Part shown: one piece after another, positions 56,376 through 64,000 of the stretch
Layout of the letters: every line of letters starts with the position of its first letter
How positions within the stretch are numbered: position 1 is the stretch's first letter
DNA from: Chrysemys picta bellii
Lineage: Eukaryota
Assembly (NCBI RefSeq): GCF_011386835.1
Contig: NC_088806.1
Span: 930,001-994,000 of the forward strand
Reading direction: 5' to 3'
DNA length: 64,000 bases
Notes under the pieces: generated by a model
Databases searched by the model: none
Seen by the model: only the letters and a program-made list of their open reading frames with translations
Told to the model about the DNA's origin: nothing
Translations under genes and position numbers: made by a program

Positions 56376-57984
56376 CTGCCTCCCTGTCTGACAAGTCCGT
56401 TCTCCTCTGGGTTAATTTCCCTGTTCCTGCGACATTAGCCTCAGGCAGTTTCTGGTGGCACTGTCGCCCGCTGTCCCCATGCGCCGGAGAGCGGGTTCTG
56501 GGGAGGTTGCCCGGGTGCATTCCAGGGGATTTACCAGACGGTTCCACTTCAGCGCCCTTTCACTTCCTCCTCTCATCACCCGGCCAGCCCAGTCCTGCCC
56601 ACTTCACTGTTACGCCTCTGCCCACCCAGCCGCGGTACCAACAGGGACACCCCCACCACGCCAGGGGCTGCCCGCGGCCCCCAGACTGTGACCCCCATTG
56701 TGCTGGGGCTGCAGAGACCCCATGGTTGGGACCCCCCTCACAGCCTCCCTCTTACACAGAGACCCCCCCAACCACACCCCTCCTCCCCAGGGGAACTCCT
56801 TTTCCAGGGCCCATCCAGCCTCTCTGCTGGGGACTGACCTGGCTAGCTCGTCACAGGGGGGACGTGGGGCACTACCTGCCAGGCAGCAGGAGAAGGGGGG
56901 GAAGGCAGAGGAGCAAAGCAAACAGCTGCGGGGGCTGGACCAAGGGGCTGGGCTGCAGCAGATGCCCCAACCTCGTTTGCCAGTTCCCAGGCTGGGAGAA
57001 GCCCCCTTGGGCCTCACCAGGCACGGCTGGACTCCGAGCAAACTCTGGGCATGCCCCAGCACCTTTTGGGGTTACCTGGTAGCCTCTCAGGGTCTGGGTC
57101 TGGGTCAGAGCTGGGCCTGCCCGGGCCTGCCCTGGCATTGCCTTTCACAGCTCCCAGCCCCTCTGGGCCACCAGTTCTCCTGTCCTGGGCCACCTCCCAA
57201 AGCCCAGCTGGCCCTACTGCCTGGGGAAGCACCTTTATACCAAACACCTGCCCCGGGCCCAGCTGGCCCTGATGAGTGAATGGGGCAGGCCCCAGCCCCT
57301 TAAAGGGGAACACCGGCCTGCTGCAGGGTCCGTCCCCAACCTAGATCCCAGTACAGGAGCCGCAGGATTCCTGGGGGCTCGACAATCCGGTCAGTTGGGG
57401 GCCACACACCCCTCCAGCCCGAGCCCTCAGCAATCCGGGGTCCCTGGAGGGTGCCAGGGGTGGGGGGCTGGCAGGGGGCCCAGCCTGGGGGGGAAGGAAC
57501 CCGGGTGCCACCTGCCCGGGGCCACGCTGCCAGGGCCATGCATGGACCCGCCTGACACCAAATGGGTTGCCATGGTGATGCACAGACCCACACAGTGCAT
57601 GGAACCACGTGGCGCTGCATGGGCTGCCATGGCGACGCACGGAACCGCTCAGCGCTGCTGTGACGCTGTGTGGAACCACCTGCCCCAGGCGGTTCAGGGC
57701 TGGGTGGAGCAGGGGTCCACAGCAGGGAGGAAGGGGTGATGGGTTCCCGGTGGCAGAGCCCGGGCATGGAGCGGGAGATCTCTCCACCCGCCAGGACGTC
57801 CGGCCCGGGGCCCATCCCTGAGCCCGTTCCATGGGACTATAAATAACAGCTGAGATTCCACAGAACAAACAAATCAAAGGTCACCCTGGGTACCTGAGAA
57901 ATGCGCTAACCCCCAGCGGGGGGGACGTGCGCATCTGAGCCAGGCCTCACCCAGCAGGTGACGCAACAGGGACAGGGAGGGGAC

Positions 57985-58300
57985 AGGGTGGAGGGCTGGG
58001 AGCCAGGACTCCTGGGTTCTTTCCCCAGCTCTGGGAGGGGAGTGGGGGCTGGGGGGTCAGAGCCGGGGGGCCGGGAGCCAGACTCCTGGGTTCTCTCCTC
58101 GGCTCTGGGAGGGCAGTGGGGGCTGGTGGGTTAGAGCAGGGAGGGCTGGGAGCCAGGACTCCTGGGTTCTCTCCTCGGCTCTGGGAGGGCAGTGGGGGCT
58201 GGTGGGTTAGAGCAGGGAGGGCTGGGAGCCAGGACTCCTGAGTTCTCTCCCTGGCTCTGGGAAGGGAGTGGGGACTAGTGGTTAGAGCAGGGTGCACTGG
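57985..58300. repeat. GGAGCCAGGACTCCTGGGTTCT-family tandem repeat
   Basis: Multiple ~60-bp units. Confidence 0.85.
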
Positions 58301-58434
58301 GAGCCTGGGTTCCACGCCTGGCCACATTGCTGAGTCACTTTTACTTGTCCTTTCTCTCCCCTGGGCCTTGCCCGGCTTTGCCCTCGGTAATGGGTATACG
58401 ATTTGTGTGCACAGCACACAGGGCCGGAGCTGCC

Positions 58435-58906
58435 TGTCACAGAGTATTGGGGAACTCAGGGCCCTGCACCCCCGGCTTCCTGCGATTCACCATGACTCTC
58501 AGCCAGCCAGTAAAGCAGAAGGTTTATTTGGATGACAGGAACACAGTCCAAGACAGGTCTTGCAGGCACAGACAACAGGGCCCCCCTCAGTTAGGTCCAG
58601 CTTGGGGTCCCAGGGCATCCCAGCCCCCCCCTTTGGGGGGTCAGAGCCATCTCTGCCTCCCAGCCATCTCTCCAGCCTCCTTCCAGCCTGCTTCCCACAC
58701 TCTGCCTTCAGCGACCCCTCCCACAGCCTTTGTTCAGTTTCCCGGGCCCCGGAGTCATCTGACCTCCAACCCCCTCCTGGGTTCTCATGTTACAAGCTCA
58801 GGTATGTTCCCTTGGGCCGGCTCCCATCCCCCGATGCAGACCATCCTAGTCACACTCCCCTGTCAGCATTCACACACCCCAGCAAGAACAGTCCCAGTTC
58901 GTCACA
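58435..58906 (-). repeat. 3' LTR (472 bp)
   Basis: Begins TGTGACG and ends GTGACA on the minus strand; preceded by the PPT GAAGGGGGGAGAGA. Confidence 0.9.
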
Positions 58907-58972
58907 TCTCTCCCCCCTTCGAGACCGAACTGAGCAGGGTCACTTTAGCCAGTGACCCGGGGAAGTTCGAAC

Positions 58973-61696
58973 CTACCCCCGTTCCCATGGATGCCCCCGC
59001 ATCCCTCCAGTTCCTTGGTGAGAATTACACCAGGCCCCTTCCGTTCCACGCCCCCCCTTAGGTCGGGGGTGCTTGATGGCACTCGCAGTTCGCATGTGGG
59101 AAGGTTTATGCGGCCTGTGCCCTTTTCCCACCCCCATACCTCTGGGGTTCCAACTGGGCTGTGGTCTTCTCCCAGCGCTCCAGTCTGGAGGTCTGTGCTT
59201 TGGGCTCTCTTGGTTTAGAGCCGCCCTTTTAACCTTGGCCACCCTCTGGAAAGGATCCTTTATGCTGGGCAAGGGTCCTAAAGCTCTTTTCCCCTTGTCC
59301 CAGGCCTTCCTCCCCCTCTGACAGGGGTCACAGGATCCGCAGTACTGTCGGACAGTAACAAAGACCCCAGGCCAGTAAAAGCTCCGTAGCAGCCTCTGCT
59401 GGGTACGCCAGGTTCCCTGGTGCCCTGAGAGGGGAATGTCATGGGCCCGGCACAGCAGCTGGCGGCGATACTTCTGGGGTACCACCAGCTGCCTCCTGAT
59501 CCCCCCTGACTCCATTTTCCCTGGGGGAGCCCATTCTCGGTACAGGAACCCCTTCTCCCACAGGAACCTTTTCCGGCCACCTCGTTCCATGGTCTGTACC
59601 GCATTGAGGTCGGCCAGGTCCCTTATCTTCCGCAAGGAGGGGTCTCTCTGTAACTCGGCCTGGAACTCAGCAGCTGGGACAGGGATGGCCACCTGCTCTT
59701 TCTCGCCCGCTGGGTCCGAAGCTGCAGCCTCCCTGAGCCGCGTCCCTGGGCGTTCCCTCCCCACCAGGTTAGGGTCCTGCGCCTCAGGCAAGGCACCCCC
59801 CCCAAGGCCAGGGCGCAGGGCCCCTCGCCGGCTCTGACTGCGGGTCACAACCAGTGCCTTTTGGGGGTTGCTTGGCCAGTTCTCCAGGTCCCCCCCCATC
59901 AATACCTCAGTGGGCAGATACGGGTGTACCCCCACATCCTTGGGGCCCTCCTTGGCCCCCCACTTCAGGTGTACCCTTGCCACGGGCACTTTGACTGGTG
60001 TTCCGCCCACCCCCGTCAGGGTCAGGTAGGAGTTGGGCACCACCTGATCTGGGGCCACCACCTCGGGCCGGGCCAGCGTCACCTCTGCGCCCGTATCCCA
60101 GTATCCATTGACCTTCCTCCCATCCACCTCCAGGGGAACAAGGTACTCTCTCCGGAGGGACAGCCCCGCGCCCACCGTATAAACCAAAAACCCTGAGTCT
60201 GGGGCATCCAGCCCCCTAGAGGAGCTGGCCTGGGGCCCTTCTCTCTCTTGAGCAGTTGATAAGCTGCCAGCCCCTCTTGCGTGAGAAGCCTGCCCCTCGT
60301 CCGTCTGGGCCTCTACCAAGTTAACCCTATGCGGGTTCGGTCTGCTCAGTCTGTCCTTGAGCTTGGGGCACTGGGCCCGAACGTGGCCTCTTCGGCCGCA
60401 GTAATAGCAGCTCATGTCCTGTGGGTCCCCTCGAGCCGGTCGGTTGTCCCTGACGCTGGGCATTCCCCGTGGGAGGGGATTCCCCATATTCCCTCTTTGG
60501 GAGGTCCCAGGGTGACTCTCTCTCTGCATCACGGCGGGCCTGTTCCTTTGGGGCTCCTCCCTGCCACCCCCTGACCGGCTCTTTACAAACTCATCAGCCA
60601 GCTGCCCGGCGTGTCGCGGGTTCTCTGGCTTTCTGTCCACCAACCACAGCCTCAGGTCGGATGGGCACCGCTCATACAGTTGCTCCAGTACCAGCAGTTT
60701 AATCAGGTCCTCCTTCGTCTGGGCCCCACCCGCCCACTTGCTGGCGTATCTTTCCATGCGGACGGCTAGTTGCAGATATGAGATCTCAGGGGTTTTATCT
60801 TGACTCCGGAACCTTCCCCGGTACATCTCAGGAGTCAGCCCAAACTCACGTAGCAGGGCCTTTTTGAATAGTTCGTAGTCCCCTTTCTCTGCCTCTCCCA
60901 GTTGGCGGTACAATGCCACGGATTTGGGGTCCAGTAAGGGGGTAAGGACCCGGAGTCTGTCCGCGGGATCAACCCGGTGCAGCTCGCAGGCCGTCTCAAA
61001 GGCCTCCAGGAAGTCATCCATGTCCTCCCCCTCCTTGTATGGGGCCATGATGCACTTATCAAAGCTCCGTGCAGTCCTGGGTCCCCCCTCACTCACCGCA
61101 GCCGGGGGTTCGCTGCCCCTCAGTCTCGCCAGTTCCAGTTCATGCTGACGCTGTCTCTCATTCTCCTGTCTCTGTCTCTCTTCATGCTGATGCTGTCTCT
61201 CTTTCTCCTCCCGTTCATGCTGACGCTGTCTCTCTTCATGCTGTCTCTGTTGTTCACGATCCTCCAGCTCCCTCAGTTTTAGCTCTTTCTCCCATTCCAG
61301 CCAATTCCGCTCCCTGGATGCCGAACGCCGCCGGGAGGATCCTCTGCTGGCCGGCGGGCTTCGCCGGGGGGACCCCCTGCTGGCCGGGGGGATCACGGCG
61401 CCTTCGGTATTTGCTGGGCTCCTCCCCACCCTTCCCCTAGGCATAGGAAGGAGGGGTCTCGGGAAGCCCTCAGCAGCCGGCTGACCACTCCCAGCTGGGA
61501 CAGACACTGGTGCCTGCGCTGCATTTGCCAGGCTGCTTCCCTGAGACACAGGGATCAGTTCATTCGCGCGATCTTCCGCCTCCAGCTGGGCAATGAGCTG
61601 TTCTTTGGTGAGCCTCCCAATGCGCAGCCGCCTCTGCTTGCACAGCTCCACCAGGTCGCTCTTAAGCCGCTTGGCATACATCTTCCTGCTGGCCAC
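58973..61696 (-). CDS. Gag (coiled coil, SCAN/capsid-like, CCHC knuckle) - aspartic protease - integrase H2C2 zinc domain, 907 aa; first ATG at 61681
   Basis: CYYCGRRGHVRAQC (~60368-60409), DTGA (~60089-60097), AHDIPLSGH...YWPG...CGSCDPC; no DDE core or YxDD motif. Confidence 0.9.
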   Translation of the reverse strand: MASRKMYAKRLKSDLVELCKQRRLRIGRLTKEQLIAQLEAEDRANELIPVSQGSSLANAAQAPVSVPAGSGQPAAEGFPRPLLPMPRGRVGRSPANTEGAVIPPASRGSPRRSPPASRGSSRRRSASRERNWLEWEKELKLRELEDREQQRQHEERQRQHEREEKERQHQHEERQRQENERQRQHELELARLRGSEPPAAVSEGGPRTARSFDKCIMAPYKEGEDMDDFLEAFETACELHRVDPADRLRVLTPLLDPKSVALYRQLGEAEKGDYELFKKALLREFGLTPEMYRGRFRSQDKTPEISYLQLAVRMERYASKWAGGAQTKEDLIKLLVLEQLYERCPSDLRLWLVDRKPENPRHAGQLADEFVKSRSGGGREEPQRNRPAVMQRESHPGTSQRGNMGNPLPRGMPSVRDNRPARGDPQDMSCYYCGRRGHVRAQCPKLKDRLSRPNPHRVNLVEAQTDEGQASHARGAGSLSTAQEREGPQASSSRGLDAPDSGFLVYTVGAGLSLRREYLVPLEVDGRKVNGYWDTGAEVTLARPEVVAPDQVVPNSYLTLTGVGGTPVKVPVARVHLKWGAKEGPKDVGVHPYLPTEVLMGGDLENWPSNPQKALVVTRSQSRRGALRPGLGGGALPEAQDPNLVGRERPGTRLREAAASDPAGEKEQVAIPVPAAEFQAELQRDPSLRKIRDLADLNAVQTMERGGRKRFLWEKGFLYREWAPPGKMESGGIRRQLVVPQKYRRQLLCRAHDIPLSGHQGTWRTQQRLLRSFYWPGVFVTVRQYCGSCDPCQRGRKAWDKGKRALGPLPSIKDPFQRVAKVKRAALNQESPKHRPPDWSAGRRPQPSWNPRGMGVGKGHRPHKPSHMRTASAIKHPRPKGGRGTEGAWCNSHQGTGGMRGHPWERG

Positions 61697-62000
61697 TCAC
61701 CGGCCTGTGTGCTCACAGCTCCCCACAGTTCGCAGGGGGCCCCCTAGTGTGCCAGCCCTTCTCGAGGTCACCACCTCTCTGCCAGGGTCGAGCTGCAGAC
61801 TCCTCCGCCCCTGGGACCACTCGCTGTGATCCCACGGGGGACCCTGTTACTGCAAAAGTCCTTCTCGCTGGTCACACACTCCCAGGGGTAATAACCGTCT
61901 CTCTCCCACTCTTCAGCAGGCCTGGTCCCCGTCAATCCCCCTTCGTTTTACTGCTCCCCAGTCACTTACTGCAGGAAGCGCCGTCCACGGGGTGCAGTAG

Positions 62001-62018
62001 ATCCCACCGCTGCCACCA
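62001..62018 (-). other. Primer binding site complementary to the tRNA-Leu(AAG) 3' end
   Basis: Plus strand ATCCCACCGCTGCCACCA matches the vertebrate tRNA-Leu(AAG) 3' 18 nt including CCA, as recalled; 2 nt from the LTR. Confidence 0.85.
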
Positions 62019-62020
62019 GT

Positions 62021-62322
62021 TGTCACAGAGTATTGGGGAACTCAGGGCCCTGCACCCCCGGCTTCCTGCGATTCACCATGACTCTCAGCCAGCCAGTAAA
62101 GCAGAAGGTTTATTTGGATGACAGGAACACAGTCCAAGACAGGTCTTGCAGGCACAGACAACAGGGCCCCCCTCAGTTAGGTCCAGCTTGGGGTCCCAGG
62201 GCATCCCAGCCCCCCCCTTTGGGGGGTCAGAGCCATCTCTGCCTCCCAGCCATCTCTCCAGCCTCCTTCCAGCCTGCTTCCCACACTCTGCCTTCAGCGA
62301 CCCCTCCCACAGCCTTTGTTCA
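62021..62322 (-). repeat. 5' LTR (partial, 302 bp visible)
   Basis: No difference seen from 58435-58736. Confidence 0.92.
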
Positions 62323-62822
62323 NNNNNNNNNNNNNNNNNNNNNNNNNNNNNNNNNNNNNNNNNNNNNNNNNNNNNNNNNNNNNNNNNNNNNNNNNNNNNN
62401 NNNNNNNNNNNNNNNNNNNNNNNNNNNNNNNNNNNNNNNNNNNNNNNNNNNNNNNNNNNNNNNNNNNNNNNNNNNNNNNNNNNNNNNNNNNNNNNNNNNN
62501 NNNNNNNNNNNNNNNNNNNNNNNNNNNNNNNNNNNNNNNNNNNNNNNNNNNNNNNNNNNNNNNNNNNNNNNNNNNNNNNNNNNNNNNNNNNNNNNNNNNN
62601 NNNNNNNNNNNNNNNNNNNNNNNNNNNNNNNNNNNNNNNNNNNNNNNNNNNNNNNNNNNNNNNNNNNNNNNNNNNNNNNNNNNNNNNNNNNNNNNNNNNN
62701 NNNNNNNNNNNNNNNNNNNNNNNNNNNNNNNNNNNNNNNNNNNNNNNNNNNNNNNNNNNNNNNNNNNNNNNNNNNNNNNNNNNNNNNNNNNNNNNNNNNN
62801 NNNNNNNNNNNNNNNNNNNNNN
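62323..62822. other. Assembly gap (500 N)
   Basis: Run of N. Confidence 1.
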
Positions 62823-63079
62823 CACAGCCCCACCCCACAGCACCCCATAACACGTCCCCACAGCGCCCCACTGCACCCCACAGCCCCCGGGGCCCTGGAG
62901 CACAGGCTGGAGGGGACGGGCCCAACCTCCCAACTCTGCCCCATCATCCGGCTGCGGCCGCTGCCCCCCTGTGCCAATGCTCTGACCCCCCCACACATCC
63001 AGCGCCCCCCCCCGGCCACCTCCCAGCGCAGCCCCTACTGCCAGCCCATCCCCCACACCCAGCCTGCCCCCTATCTCCC

Positions 63080-63450
63080 TCCACCCCACCCCCCCGTGTC
63101 CGCCGAGCTCCGCAGGCTCGCGAGATCTGGCTGCGGAGAGGCTGGGGGGCGGGGGCGCGGGGGGGGCCGGGGCGAGGGGGGGGGCGCTTATTCCAGTCCA
63201 GCGCCCGGAGCCCAGCAGCTGCAGCCGGCGGCTCTCGCCTGCCCGGACTCAGGGAACCGGGGCTGCCCCGCGCCCCCCCCCCGCCAGGTGAGCGCGACCC
63301 TCCCCTCCCCCCCTCGGCACCGGGGCGGGGGGGGTCCCTGCATCCCCCCCCCCCGCTTCCCCGGGCCGCCTCTGCAGCAACAGCCAGGTGCGCGCATCTG
63401 GACGCATCTGGAGCAACCTGCCGGGGCGGGGGAAGGGGGGGTTACACAAC
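63080..63450 (+). promoter_or_regulatory. GC/CpG-rich promoter-like region with a possible non-coding first exon ending at CCAG|GTGAGC (63287)
   Basis: GGGGCGGGG-type boxes, dense CpG and a consensus donor; oriented divergently from the mucin. Confidence 0.45.
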
Positions 63451-64000
63451 CGGGGGGGGGGGGCTGTGGGCTGGTACCCAGCCTCCCCCCGCTTCCCTGC
63501 TGGGCTACGCCCCCCCCCAATCCCCTGCGGGGCAGCCGGGTTCCTCCTTCTTCTTCAGCCCCCCCGGTGCAGAGGAAGAGGGTGCGGGGGGGGGGAATCG
63601 GGGGCTGCAGCCAGGGCTGGGGGGGGGGGCTGCAGCCAGGGCTGGGGGGGGGCTGAAGAACCGAGCCCCCCCTCGGGGGGAGCAGCGACAGGCAGGAGGC
63701 TGGGAATAGCCCGGCTGTGGGGGGGGGGGGGGGGGCCGGGACCATGTGACCTGCGCCGCCCCCCCCACACACACACACACACATGCGCCCCTGTATGATT
63801 TAACCCCTCCCAGGCGGGTGTTTTCCACGCTCTGGCCAAAGCAGCAGCAGAATAGAGAGATGCAAAAACCTGCACATCCCCCCCCCAGTGACCCCCCCAG
63901 CAGCCAGGCCCCCCAGTGACCCCTCCCAGCCGCCTCCCCCAGTGAGCCACGGCAGTGACCCCTCCCAGCCAGCCCCCCCAGCCAGCCCCCAGTGAGACCC

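Larger units (their letters stand above)
58435..62322 (-). mobile_element. Gmr1-like Ty3/Gypsy LTR retrotransposon, internally deleted (no RT, RNase H or IN core); 5' LTR cut by an assembly gap
   Basis: 3' LTR 58435-58906 (TGT...ACA), PPT 58907-58920, PBS 62001-62018, 5' LTR 62021-62322 identical by eye to 58435-58736. Confidence 0.93.

Noticed and set aside
62033-63950. Long ORFs spanning the N gap and the GC-rich tail
   Set aside because: Artefacts of the N run and of stop-poor low-complexity GC sequence.

Overview
Vertebrate genomic DNA, not prokaryotic. The CR1 LINEs, hAT-type elements and GGAGCCAGGACTCCTGGGTTCT repeats look like a turtle genome (inference). About 53 kb is one minus-strand membrane-type mucin gene of the MUC3A/MUC12/MUC17 family. 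I traced 14 GT-AG exons with mutually compatible phases: signal peptide, giant PTS exon A (17,400 nt, 57-bp His/Ser-rich repeats), EGF, SEA (GSIIV), linker, truncated Cys-rich/EGF2, giant PTS exon B (18,143 nt, 711-bp repeats), EGF, SEA (GSVVV), linker. The gene then runs off the left edge, so the transmembrane and tail exons are not visible. The whole PTS-EGF-SEA module appears twice in one reading frame of at least ~12,260 codons, joined across an intron carrying an array of CTCF motifs. Introns and the upstream region hold a near full-length CR1 with a nested hAT MITE and a slippery heptamer at the ORF1/ORF2 junction, further CR1 fragments, a solo LTR and a 44-bp CpG-rich minisatellite. They also hold a young, internally deleted Gmr1-like Gypsy element (identical LTRs, tRNA-Leu PBS, intact 907-codon gag-pro-partial-IN ORF). 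A 500-N assembly gap and a GC-rich promoter-like region of a probable divergent gene end the window. All splice assignments are by eye and need transcript confirmation.
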